From positions 2,080,001-2,144,000 of the forward strand of contig CBDBCZ010000019.1 of assembly GCA_965203295.1 (NCBI GenBank): DNA of 64,000 nt, in the 5' to 3' direction. The notes under the pieces were generated by a model. The model had not been told where the DNA came from, searched no databases, and worked only from the letters and a program-made list of their open reading frames with translations. The DNA comes from Nitrospirales bacterium. Its GTDB lineage: Bacteria; Nitrospirota; Nitrospiria; Nitrospirales; UBA8639. Position 1 is the stretch's first letter. Every line of letters starts with the position of its first letter. Below, piece after piece: positions 43,985 through 53,881 of the stretch. A program made the position numbers and the translations under genes.

Positions 43985-45796
43985 TCACAATGGTTGAGTC
44001 ACTTGACACAACCATTCCTGGGTTTCCGCATCTACGAGAGGTGAGATCACTTCACAGACGCGAGCATGATATGTGTGAATCCAATGCATTTCAGCAGTCG
44101 TTAAATGTGACCATTCGATGAGTTTTGAGTCAAAAGGAACAAGAGTCAAAGTTTCAAATTCAAGGAATTCTCGATTCTGGCCTTCATCTCTAGAACTTTG
44201 TGTTACTAATACAAGATTTTCAAGACGGATACCGTACGACCCATTTTTATAAAACCCTGGCTCGTTTGAGAGGATCATCCCAGGTTGCAAGGGCACAGAA
44301 TTAGGAGCCTTAGAAATTCGTTGAGGCCCTTCATGGACACCCAGGTAACTTCCGACACCGTGCCCTGTACCATGATCATAATCTAAGCCTACTTCCCATA
44401 AAGCACGCCTAGCTAAGGAATCAAGCTGTGTTCCTGTGGTTCCTCTGGGAAAACGAGCAGTGGCTAAAGCAATGTGTCCTTTCAAGACTCGTGTGAACCG
44501 ATCCTTGTGTTCGTGGGTTGGCGTTCCGATCGCGACCGTCCTCGTTATATCCGTCGTTCCACCCATGTACTGACCGCCCGAATCCACCAAATACAAGGAA
44601 CCCATCTCAAGCGGCTTGTTCGTCTCTTCTGTTGCACGATAGTGTACAATGGCTCCGTTCGAGCCTGCAGCAGAAATAGTTGGAAAACTCGAATCCTTCC
44701 ATTCAGCATGCTCCTTTCGCCGAGCCTCCAAAAATTCCTCAGCGTCGAGTTCTCGCAAATGGCCGCGAGGAGCCTCTCGAGCTATCCATGCGAGAAATTT
44801 GCAAACTGCGGCTCCATCCCAACAATGAGCCTGACGAGTCCCTATGATTTCACTCTCGTTCTTGCAAGCTTTGGCCACCACACAGGGATCCTCGCCCTGC
44901 TTCACAATTGCGCCAACTTCACCCAGACGATCGACAATTCGAACAGCTGTCCTTCTCGAATCATATAAGACTCGAGCCTTCTGCTTCCCTAAATCATGGA
45001 GGAAGGATTCGAATGTCGTCGGATCCTGAATTGTCACTCCATTACCCATATGATCCATGACGTCCTGAGAAAGCCTTGGCAAGTCAATAAACAAATCCAG
45101 TTCTCCAGTGCTGTGAAGAAGCGCGTTGCAAAGCGGAAGCGGCGTGTGAGGAACATCATGAGCACGAATATTTAATAGCCAGGCAATGGAATCAGGAGCC
45201 GTGAGAATATCCACATCAACTCCATCTTGTCTGAGTTTTCCAGCCAAAACACGACGCTTCTCGTCAGACTTTTTTCCCGCTACATGATGGGGATGAATCA
45301 CAACCATGGATTTGGGATAAGGAGGCCGGTCCTCCCAAATCGCATCAATCGGATTTGACTGACTCGCCACCAATTGTCCACCGACCCGTTCACAAACCTG
45401 ACGAATTGTTTCTATTTCATTGGGAGTATGGAGCCAGGGATCATAGCCAAGTTTCTGTCCAGGCTTGAGAACGGAACCTAACCATTCGTGCACTGGCCAC
45501 TCGGTTATATGATGGGCCACAAACATATTTGTATCGATTTGCTGCTGAACTTGGAGCAGATAACGACCATCGATGAAGATAGCGGCTTCATCTTGAAGAA
45601 CAACGGCCATCCCGGCTGAACCCGTAAACCCAGTCAACCAAGCAAGCCTCTCCGCACAAGTAGGAAGGTATTCATTTTGGTGCTCATCGGCATGAGGAAT
45701 GATAAAACCATGCAGATTTTGCTGTTGTAATTCCGCTCGAAAGGTTAAAACTCTTTGGGAATTCTTCTCAGAACTTTTCACGATATCTTCTTCCAC
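43985..45796 (-). CDS. Aminopeptidase P (M24 family)
   Basis: DEHQNEY, TGFTGSAG, DSGGQY..GTTD, HGTGHGVG, NEPG, GIRLEN. Confidence 0.94.
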   Translation of the reverse strand: MEEDIVKSSEKNSQRVLTFRAELQQQNLHGFIIPHADEHQNEYLPTCAERLAWLTGFTGSAGMAVVLQDEAAIFIDGRYLLQVQQQIDTNMFVAHHITEWPVHEWLGSVLKPGQKLGYDPWLHTPNEIETIRQVCERVGGQLVASQSNPIDAIWEDRPPYPKSMVVIHPHHVAGKKSDEKRRVLAGKLRQDGVDVDILTAPDSIAWLLNIRAHDVPHTPLPLCNALLHSTGELDLFIDLPRLSQDVMDHMGNGVTIQDPTTFESFLHDLGKQKARVLYDSRRTAVRIVDRLGEVGAIVKQGEDPCVVAKACKNESEIIGTRQAHCWDGAAVCKFLAWIAREAPRGHLRELDAEEFLEARRKEHAEWKDSSFPTISAAGSNGAIVHYRATEETNKPLEMGSLYLVDSGGQYMGGTTDITRTVAIGTPTHEHKDRFTRVLKGHIALATARFPRGTTGTQLDSLARRALWEVGLDYDHGTGHGVGSYLGVHEGPQRISKAPNSVPLQPGMILSNEPGFYKNGSYGIRLENLVLVTQSSRDEGQNREFLEFETLTLVPFDSKLIEWSHLTTAEMHWIHTYHARVCEVISPLVDAETQEWLCQVTQPL

Positions 45797-46218
45797 CCTT
45801 TATTACGCCTCATCCGCTCTGTGGTTCGTACTTCTAAATTTACCTTAACTAATTGTATCAAAAACCTAACACCAAAAGGGAAAAACCCAGTAACATTGCG
45901 CGATCAGAACTTCAATATTCTCCCAACACTGGATAGTTCCGACAAACTCCACGAATGACCAGACTCAAAGGAAATGTTCAAAAAAGCGTGCGCCTGTGCG
46001 TTGAAGGACTTTTTCAACATTCCCATAAAACAAACGCAGGGAGCAAGTTTAGGTTAGGAACCGATCCAAAAGTAAAGGGAGAGTGCGCAGAATCGAAAAA
46101 ATGGAACCAACTTGTCCCCCAGGACCATGATCATGCTATATTTTCAGGTCCCAGGCAAAAAACCTGGCACATTCGTTTTTCGTTTATCATATGGACGCCG
46201 AGGTCCAAAAACAAAACC

Positions 46219-47064
46219 ATGAACACATATTTCAATAAGGTCTTTTGCCTCCTGCTCGTATGGGGTTGTATGACTCTGGGAGCAGGAGCTATTGGTTGTG
46301 AAAATGTAGAAGCCAATTACCAGGAGGGTGTGACAGCACTCGAAGCAGGCGATTACGAAACAGCCCTGAAACATTTTCATTCTGCCGCAGGAAAAGGGCA
46401 CCCCGGTGCCCAGGCTGCCCTCGGGGAATTATATTACAGAGGCGAGGGGATCAAACGCGATGCCCAGGAATCGGCGAAGTGGTACCGGCTGGCTGCAGAG
46501 CAGGGGCATATGGACGCGCAAGTGACTTTGGGGTGGATGTATAACGCTGGCACCGGGGTTCCACAAGATTTCACGGAAGCTATCAAGTGGTTTGAATTAG
46601 CGGCAGACCAAGGACATCCAGGCGCGCAAAACAATCTAGGTGTGCTGTACCGTCAGGGGAGAGGCGGCCAAATGGATATTGTGAAAGCCGTGATCTGGTT
46701 CCGCAAAGCCGCAGACCAAGGGGTGGCTCCCGCCCAATACGCACTGGGACAGATGTATCTCAATGGGGAAGGTGTGGAACAAGATGTAGGAGAGGCAGTT
46801 CAGTGGTATACACGGGCAGCAGATCAGGGGCTTTTGGAGGCTCAGGCCGACCTCGGATTTTTGTATGCGAAACGGGAAAATAAAGTTCCCCAAGATTTCC
46901 TCCTTGCCTACCAATGGCTGGCCTTAGCCGCAGAACAAGGGGACAGGATGGCCCCGGCAGATCTTGAGAAATTGATGAAGAACATGACTCCTGACCAGAT
47001 CAAAGAAGCCCAACAACTTGTTCGGGACTGGAGGCAAAATCACCAGAAGAACACGGAATCCTGA
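46219..47064 (+). CDS. Exported Sel1-repeat protein
   Basis: Repeated A..W...AA(E/D)QG...AQ..LG units; probable start MNTYF at 46219 followed by a signal peptide. Confidence 0.9.
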   Translation: MNTYFNKVFCLLLVWGCMTLGAGAIGCENVEANYQEGVTALEAGDYETALKHFHSAAGKGHPGAQAALGELYYRGEGIKRDAQESAKWYRLAAEQGHMDAQVTLGWMYNAGTGVPQDFTEAIKWFELAADQGHPGAQNNLGVLYRQGRGGQMDIVKAVIWFRKAADQGVAPAQYALGQMYLNGEGVEQDVGEAVQWYTRAADQGLLEAQADLGFLYAKRENKVPQDFLLAYQWLALAAEQGDRMAPADLEKLMKNMTPDQIKEAQQLVRDWRQNHQKNTES

Positions 47065-47234
47065 AATCAAGATAAAATTACGCATTTCCAGCGAAAAGCC
47101 TCGCCAAATACATTAACTCTGGTAGTGAAACGTTTTCTTTTCCCCTTCTGCCGTTCAGGTGGTTCGAGCGCACGAAACACGCGGTCGTCTCCACCTGCAA
47201 CCACGTGTTAGCATGGTTAGTCCAGTCACACGGA

Positions 47235-47950
47235 CTACAATTTGCACCATCCCAACCAGCTTGTAAACTTTGATCGCGGCCAGGGATTGTCCATCCACGA
47301 CGTGTCAGGCAGTGGTAACTTGGATGCTTCTTCAGCAGTAAACCATCCGACAGGCAATTCGAAATATGATGTTGTTCCACGTCCAGTGATCCAGCTAATC
47401 CTTTTAGATTTCTCGCTTGTTTCTGCGACATCCAACGTTAATCGACAATCTTGAACAACATAGTCCAACACAGTTTGATAATCGCCGTCTTTCCACAGTT
47501 GCGGAGCGATTGAGCCATCAACATTGGCGGGCTTGCTAATTCCTATTGCGTTCGCCGCAGCATTTAGCCTGATTGGAAAACCCTTTCCGCAAAAGAAGTG
47601 AAACATCATGTCAATATGGGCCAAAGCCAAATCACGGCAATCATCCGTTTGGCCTGACTCTTCTGCCAAAATATCGAAATCGAACCCGAGCCCATTGTGC
47701 GTGATGATTGTATAGCCAGCGTTTGATTTCATTTTGAGATGTTCGACAAATGGCGTTAAATCCTGCATAGTCATTTGTGGTGCAGGAGACCCATCCTTAT
47801 TTTTGGAATAAAAAGTCACTGCCGCGGATTCATCGCTACACCAAGTCGCCGCACAAGTAATGCCGAGTGGCCGGTGAGCAAGTAAGTCAACGAAATCCTC
47901 GGGCAAGATTTTGCCGTTTCAATATCAAAAGCCAAATACTTACGAGGCAT
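47235..47950 (-). pseudogene. DEDD 3'-5' exonuclease / RNase H-like protein, frameshifted near 47910
   Basis: ExoI motif (MPRKYLAFDIET) is in a different frame from HNGLGFD and YVVQD; one extra A in the A4 run restores the frame. Confidence 0.75.
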
Positions 47951-48023
47951 TTTAAACCATCCTAAAGATTGACATGAGGAACACGCATAAAAGAGCACCC
48001 CGCCCCACACTATAGTTAGGCTC

Positions 48024-48446
48024 CTAGCCCAGGCTCGCATCCAAACTATGCAATCTGAGACATTTCAGGTCCCTGTGGTGCTTGTCTGCATCAGACTCCA
48101 GGTGGTCAACAGCATATTCCTTTAGCTCGATCAGATCCTCTCTCGAGACTACCAGTACTTCTATGGAATCGATCATTCCGATCTCAGAGCGCTCTCGAAG
48201 ATCCGAATATGAAAGTTCTGCCCAAGGCGTAAGAATGTCCAGATAGTAGTCATGTCGTTTGATCGGGAGCTGAACCTTGGGACGTTGCAAATTTATGGAC
48301 GTGAACTCGGGTTCAACACCAGCCTGAGTCAATACGTTCATCACTCTGTCTGAGTTCTCAGGCGAGCGATCAATCATGAGGCTAATTTCCGACACACCAT
48401 CCTTTCGGCATCCGTAATGAAGGACGGCAGCACCTCCCACCAGCAT
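48024..48446 (-). CDS. Nucleotidyltransferase-like protein, probably truncated or degenerate
   Basis: LVGGAAVLHYG and VVSREDLIELK...KH..DL pattern; the expected DxD reads EIS. Confidence 0.55.
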   Translation of the reverse strand: MLVGGAAVLHYGCRKDGVSEISLMIDRSPENSDRVMNVLTQAGVEPEFTSINLQRPKVQLPIKRHDYYLDILTPWAELSYSDLRERSEIGMIDSIEVLVVSREDLIELKEYAVDHLESDADKHHRDLKCLRLHSLDASLG

Positions 48447-48579
48447 GATTCTCGATGCAAAGGCGAACGAATCTGACGCTATGTTGCCCCGACATGATCA
48501 CTGTACATGATTGAGTCATGAAGAGTCCGTTTGCTGAACAAAATCACAGCCAGGAGATTTACAACTAAGAATAAGGAAT

Positions 48580-48850
48580 AAGAGTCAACACTTTACTTTC
48601 TAGCCAATTTCACCCGTTTGGTCCAGGGAAATGCATTGGTCAGGCCACCGGCTTCCAAAAATCTGCGAGACCCAAGCTGACGACACTTCAGCACGAGCCG
48701 CGGTTACCTTTAGCAACTCGTTACACCCCCGCCGCAAGAGATACACGGTCACCTGAAACACATCCTGGCGGTGCCGACGACCCAACACCGCTGATTTCTC
48801 TCCTCCTCTCACCTTCGTAACAGCTACACACACTTACTCGATTGTTGGAA
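48580..48850 (-). pseudogene. Possible C-terminal HTH remnant of a RAYT-type transposase
   Basis: ...VLGRRHRQDVFQVTVYLLRR...AARAEVSSAWVSQI resembles DnaA-C-like HTH tails; in-frame stop just upstream. Confidence 0.3.
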
Positions 48851-49103
48851 GGTTATGGACCCATTTGACTCACTAATCATAGAGACGAAGGTTCATGATC
48901 CTTTAGAGAAAAAGAAGTGGCGAGAATTTTGATCAAGAACCGCACAGCAGGCCATCGAACATAGCAGGTTCATGAATGGGAATAGAGGGCAGGCTGAGAC
49001 AACCTATACAAATGAATGACACGGACCTCATGAGATCCGTAGGGAGGAAGACTGGTAAGAAGAGTGTATAGCTAAAACGCGAGGGAAAACGTCGTAGATC
49101 TTC

Positions 49104-49973
49104 TTATCCTATTACAGCTTTTACAGCGTTACCGATCTCAGCAGGATTTTTGACGACATGGACACCCGCTGCTTCAAGGGTAGCCATTTTTTCTGCTGCT
49201 GTTCCTTTTCCTCCCGTGATAATCGCACCAGCATGACCCATGCGGCGACCTGGTGGAGCTGTAATCCCGGCAATAAAGCTGATCACGGGTTTGGTCATCT
49301 GTTCTTTGATAAAGACAGCCGCTTTTTCTTCTGCGTCACCACCGATTTCTCCAATCATAACAAGGGCCTCGGTTTCCGGGTCTTCCTCAAACATCTGCAG
49401 AAGATCAATGTAACCGGTTCCAATGATCGGGTCTCCACCAATGCCTACACACGTTGTTTCCCCTAACCCAAGGTTTGTGAGCTGGTTCACGGCTTCATAC
49501 GTGAGCGTGCCGCTTCGGGAAATGACCCCTACCCGCCCTTTCTTATGAATAAACCCGGGCATAATGCCAATCTTGCACTCATCAGCAGTAATCACGCCAG
49601 GGCAATTCGGACCGATGAGACGAGAGAGACGACCTTGCAAGGCTCGTTTAACCTTCACCATATCATTGACCGGAATGCCTTCGGTAATGCAGATGATCAA
49701 CCAAATCCAGGCGTCAGCGGCTTCCAAGATCGCATCTGCTGCAAATGGAGGCGGGACAAAAATAAGGGAGGTTGTTGCGTTCGTCTTGTTCACCGCATCC
49801 TGGACAGTATTGAACACTGGAATTCCTTCGACTTCATACCCAGCCTTGCCTGGAGTGACTCCCGCAACGACTTGCGTCCCATAGGCTTTGCACTGCGTCG
49901 CATGAAAGGATCCTTCTTTCCCAGTAATACCCTGCACAACAACCCGTGTTGACTTGTTCACTAAAATGCTCAT
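49104..49973 (-). CDS. sucD: Succinyl-CoA synthetase alpha subunit
   Basis: [28 protein letters not shown]. Confidence 0.97.
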   Translation of the reverse strand: MSILVNKSTRVVVQGITGKEGSFHATQCKAYGTQVVAGVTPGKAGYEVEGIPVFNTVQDAVNKTNATTSLIFVPPPFAADAILEAADAWIWLIICITEGIPVNDMVKVKRALQGRLSRLIGPNCPGVITADECKIGIMPGFIHKKGRVGVISRSGTLTYEAVNQLTNLGLGETTCVGIGGDPIIGTGYIDLLQMFEEDPETEALVMIGEIGGDAEEKAAVFIKEQMTKPVISFIAGITAPPGRRMGHAGAIITGGKGTAAEKMATLEAAGVHVVKNPAEIGNAVKAVIG

Positions 49974-50017
49974 CCTTCATTCCTTCCCTTTTTCTTCACC
50001 TTATTTCTTTACTCGCG

Positions 50018-50278
50018 GACCTAACCGTCTCTCACTACGTGCATCCACCGACCACTTACTTTTCTCTTATTATTTTTGGAGAAATTGGTTTGAGCCCTAC
50101 GTACGGCCGTCGAGCGAGCACCTTCCGATGTACGCTTACAGGAGCATAGGAGCTCATCTCATCTGTTTTCATTCTCTCTTCTCTAGCAATGGGTGACCTA
50201 GCTACCTCTCACTGCGCACATCCACCGAGCACTTTCTGAAGTGGGCGGTGTGCGAGCACAAGAGGCGGTGGGTCACCC
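50018..50278. repeat. Cluster of structured intergenic repeats between sucC and sucD
   Basis: 50018-50057 matches 50195-50234 at 32/40; GGGTGACC/GGTCACCC inverted ends at 50191 and 50278. Confidence 0.7.
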
Positions 50279-51457
50279 CTACTTCTTTTTTTTTCGCATG
50301 GCCACAATCTTCTGAGCTGCCTCCCAGAGATCGGTCGCCACATCAACTTTGAGACCAGATTCCAAAAGCAATTGGCGCCCCTCCTCAGCATTCGTGCCTT
50401 GGAGCCTCACGACAACAGGCAACTTGATCCCCACCTCTTTAGCAGCATCAATCACTCCATGAGCAATCCGCTCACATCGAACGATCCCGCCGAAGATATT
50501 GATAAAAATACCCTTGACCTTTTTATCCTTCAAAAGAATTCGAAATCCCGCTGCAACCGTTTCCTTGGTCGCGCCACCGCCGACATCGAGGAAGTTTGCC
50601 GGCTCTGCTCCCGCGAGTTTGATCACATCCATGGTGGCCATAGCCAAACCAGCGCCGTTCACCATACAACCAATATCACCATCCAGCTTGATATAATTCA
50701 GATTGTTGTCGCTGGCCTCAATTTCCAAAGGTTCTTCTTCGTGCAAATCTCGCAGCGCGAGGACATCCGGATGTTTATACAACGCATTGTCATCGATGGA
50801 GACTTTTCCATCTAAGGCAATCAGTCGTTTATCGGTGGTAATGACAAGCGGGTTAATTTCAACCAATGAGCAATTCTTTTCCATAAATAGTCGATAGAGG
50901 TTCTCAAGCATTTGGAGAAAGGGTTTAACCACCGCAGGCTCTAATTCGGGTAATCCCAAGCCGAACCCCAAGTTCCGACCGTTATAACCTTGGTATTCAA
51001 CAGCCGGATCAATGGGTTCTTTCAAGACCCTTTCCGGTGTTTGCCCTGCAACTTCTTCAATCTCCATTCCTCCTTCAGTACTGGCAATAAATTTGGGATA
51101 CCCTGAATCTCGGTCAATAAGCAGACTCAGATAGAGTTCCTTAGCAATGCCGGCACCTTCCTCTATGAGCAAACGTCGAACTTTTCGTCCTTTCAGACCC
51201 GTCTGGTGCGTTACTAACGTTTTACCAAGCAACTCTTTGGCAAGCGCTGGGACTTCTGCTTTGTTCTTCGTGAGCTTCACACCCCCGGCCTTACCACGGC
51301 CACCAGCATGAATCTGAGCTTTCACAACAAAGACCGAAGCATCGAGTACATCTGCCCATTTCTCAGCGGCCCGAGGCGTTTTGATGTCTTTGCCTTTAGG
51401 CACGGGTACACCAAATTGCGCAAATAATTGTTTCGCCTGAAATTCATGGATGTTCAT
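50279..51457 (-). CDS. sucC: Succinyl-CoA synthetase beta subunit
   Basis: MNIHEFQAK, GGRGKAGGV, NGAGLAMATMD, NIFGGIVRC. Confidence 0.97.
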   Translation of the reverse strand: MNIHEFQAKQLFAQFGVPVPKGKDIKTPRAAEKWADVLDASVFVVKAQIHAGGRGKAGGVKLTKNKAEVPALAKELLGKTLVTHQTGLKGRKVRRLLIEEGAGIAKELYLSLLIDRDSGYPKFIASTEGGMEIEEVAGQTPERVLKEPIDPAVEYQGYNGRNLGFGLGLPELEPAVVKPFLQMLENLYRLFMEKNCSLVEINPLVITTDKRLIALDGKVSIDDNALYKHPDVLALRDLHEEEPLEIEASDNNLNYIKLDGDIGCMVNGAGLAMATMDVIKLAGAEPANFLDVGGGATKETVAAGFRILLKDKKVKGIFINIFGGIVRCERIAHGVIDAAKEVGIKLPVVVRLQGTNAEEGRQLLLESGLKVDVATDLWEAAQKIVAMRKKKK

Positions 51458-51499
51458 AGCATTCCTTTGGGTTAGTGCTGCAACAAGACCATACCGTGG

Positions 51500-53086
51500 C
51501 TACGATTGCTCAGTTCTCGTATAGGCTGGGAGCACCATTGGGGAGCTAATCTGGTTAAATACACGGTGCTTTGTCGCTTCTTCTTTAAATTTGACGAGAT
51601 GATGAAGCGTCAGGGTACCTTGTTGAACCGAACGGCTTCTGGTCGCAGCCGTCGTTCCTGTTCGTTTACCGTATACCATTAAGTCCAAAAGAGAGTTTCC
51701 CATCAACCGATTTCGTCCATGGAGCCCACCGGAGGTTTCTCCTGCTACAAATAAGTTCTTCACTGGAGTCTCTCCGTTGACATCAATTTTTACACCACCA
51801 TTTTGATAATGAAGGGTGGGATAAATGAGCACAGGATCCTCTCGGATATCGACCCCGTATCGCTCATATTGTCGAAGCATAGCCGGGAAATGTTTTTCTA
51901 CGGTTCCATGGCCATGTTCCGCCTCCAGAAGAGGCGTATCGAGCCACACTCCATCACGACCAGTTGCTGTTCGAACCCCACGACCTTCTTCACATTCACG
52001 AATGATCGAAGAAGAAACAACATCTCGGGTATCAAGTTCATTGACAAAACGTTCACCTTTCGCATTTACCAAATGTCCACCTTCTGACCGTATTCCTTCC
52101 GTGACAAGCTGCCCAACCAATTGTTCTGGATAGACAGCACCAGACGGATGGTACTGAAAGGTATCGATTTGAACCAATGGGGCTCCGATCCGATAGGCTA
52201 AGGCTAGGCCATCCCCAGTGGCTCCATAATGATTGCTCGTTGGGAAGCCCTGAATATGCAGGCGACCTATTCCCCCTGTTGCGAGAATCACGGTCTTAGC
52301 CGCGACGACGATAAATCGCTTATTATCAAGATCCCGTAAAACTGCTCCACTACATGTTCCATTTTCGTCACTGAGAAGCTCAACTGCTGCGGCAAACTCC
52401 AGGAGTGGAATCTGTTGATTCAGAACCTCGTCCTTTAACACACGCATGATCTCAAGCCCAGTGTAATCCGAGCAAGTCAGCAACCGGGGCTTGGAACTGC
52501 CTCCGCCCTTTTTTACATGGAGATTACCGTCAGCATCACGATCAAACAGGACACCCAATTCCAGAAGCCACTTCGCAATGGTGGGCCCCTCATCAACCAT
52601 CACTTTCAGGAGTTGATGATCATTTTTCATATGCCCACCCTTGAGGGTGTCTAAGAAATGTTGAACAGGAGAATCATCAGTGGCCACCGCAACCTGCATA
52701 CCACCTTGGGCCATGACAGAGTTTGAATCAGCGAGACGTAATTTGGTTGCCAAGAGAACCTTGGCGCCCTCACCATGAGCATGAAGAGCTGCAGCGCATC
52801 CTGCTCCTCCCCCACCAACAACTAATACATCCACCGTATGGACAGGCATGAGGTCAAGGTCATCCTGAACAGGACTTTGCCCTTCTAAAACCGATGCCAG
52901 TTCGCGAACGGTGAGATCCCCCGCACTTGGACCAAATTGCAGAAGTCGGTACGCATGGCCTCGATGATCAGGATGGTATTTCTTAATCAGGGTATCGCGT
53001 TCAGCAGGAGAATACTTGGGGAAGGTTTGAGTTTGGCGAGATTCGCGGGTTTGATGGACAATATCCTGGAGAGCCTTCAAATCCAT
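51500..53086 (-). CDS. Fumarate reductase/succinate dehydrogenase-family flavoprotein (soluble type)
   Basis: GGGGAG, AQGG, QYHP, TEGIR, HYQNGG, HGRNRLMGNSL. Confidence 0.85.
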   Translation of the reverse strand: MDLKALQDIVHQTRESRQTQTFPKYSPAERDTLIKKYHPDHRGHAYRLLQFGPSAGDLTVRELASVLEGQSPVQDDLDLMPVHTVDVLVVGGGGAGCAAALHAHGEGAKVLLATKLRLADSNSVMAQGGMQVAVATDDSPVQHFLDTLKGGHMKNDHQLLKVMVDEGPTIAKWLLELGVLFDRDADGNLHVKKGGGSSKPRLLTCSDYTGLEIMRVLKDEVLNQQIPLLEFAAAVELLSDENGTCSGAVLRDLDNKRFIVVAAKTVILATGGIGRLHIQGFPTSNHYGATGDGLALAYRIGAPLVQIDTFQYHPSGAVYPEQLVGQLVTEGIRSEGGHLVNAKGERFVNELDTRDVVSSSIIRECEEGRGVRTATGRDGVWLDTPLLEAEHGHGTVEKHFPAMLRQYERYGVDIREDPVLIYPTLHYQNGGVKIDVNGETPVKNLFVAGETSGGLHGRNRLMGNSLLDLMVYGKRTGTTAATRSRSVQQGTLTLHHLVKFKEEATKHRVFNQISSPMVLPAYTRTEQS

Positions 53087-53104
53087 AGCGAGAGGAGTCC
53101 TCTT

Positions 53105-53824
53105 TTATGTAACCGAAGCCGAGGCTTTTTGAAGTTCTTCGTCATTCATGTTCAAGATTCGTTCCCAATCTTGATCAAAGCAGCCCTGGTCAATTTCCTG
53201 AATGCGTGTCCCGAGCCCTTCAGGTTTCTCAGAATAACGGACACCTTGGGCACGGCTAGCATAGACCGCTACGAGACTGGGCGCAATATCCGCGATGCAG
53301 ACTGGTGCACATAGCCCGCACATCACACAGTTCATGAACGCTTCGGAAACCGCCTTGAAGTCTCCAAACACAGCCCTCCACACTCCTTCACGAACATCAA
53401 TTCCTTGGGGACAGGCTTCAGTACAGGCATTACAGTTACGGCAGAGAGGAGCCTCGGGATATAACTCAAACAACGCCTGTTTCGGATCTTTGAGTTCTTC
53501 AATATTGTAAATCGCTTTCCGAGCCGGAAACTGTGGGACAAAGGAAAAAGACATGCCGTCTTCAACCGCAGTTGAACACGCTAAACAGGTTTTGACCTTA
53601 GGATCGTCTTTGGTGCGGTAATAGGTCCCACATGCACCACAAAAACCACCCAGACAACCAGCACCTCTCGTGACTTCATGCCCCGTATGCCAGAGGGCTT
53701 TTAACAGAGTAATGCCCTCGGGAACTTGGTAGGTTTTTCCAGAAATCTCCACCGTGACTAATTTCGGTTGGAGTTCATCTTCCTGGCGTACTGCCTTTTC
53801 TGTATCAAACGAGTCAGCAGACAT
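53105..53824 (-). CDS. Fe-S subunit ([2Fe-2S] plus two [4Fe-4S]) partnered with the flavoprotein
   Basis: GCLGGFCGAC...C; CRNCNACTEACP; CVMCGLCAPVC. Confidence 0.88.
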   Translation of the reverse strand: MSADSFDTEKAVRQEDELQPKLVTVEISGKTYQVPEGITLLKALWHTGHEVTRGAGCLGGFCGACGTYYRTKDDPKVKTCLACSTAVEDGMSFSFVPQFPARKAIYNIEELKDPKQALFELYPEAPLCRNCNACTEACPQGIDVREGVWRAVFGDFKAVSEAFMNCVMCGLCAPVCIADIAPSLVAVYASRAQGVRYSEKPEGLGTRIQEIDQGCFDQDWERILNMNDEELQKASASVT

Positions 53825-53835
53825 ACGGAAAAGTT

Positions 53836-53864
53836 TGGGCGGCTTCTGGATCAGAAGCCACCCA
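53836..53864. other. Intercistronic hairpin after acn
   Basis: GGCTTCTG-GAT-CAGAAGCC core, extended by TGGG/CCCA. Confidence 0.6.
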
Positions 53865-53881
53865 TTACCTCGAATTGATGA

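Noticed and set aside
45955..46218. Extended N-terminus of the Sel1 ORF
   Set aside because: Runs through a repeat element and precedes a clear signal peptide starting at 46219.
47154..47203. tRNA-like fragment (GGTTCGA...ACCA)
   Set aside because: No cloverleaf; better explained as an attC-like hairpin.
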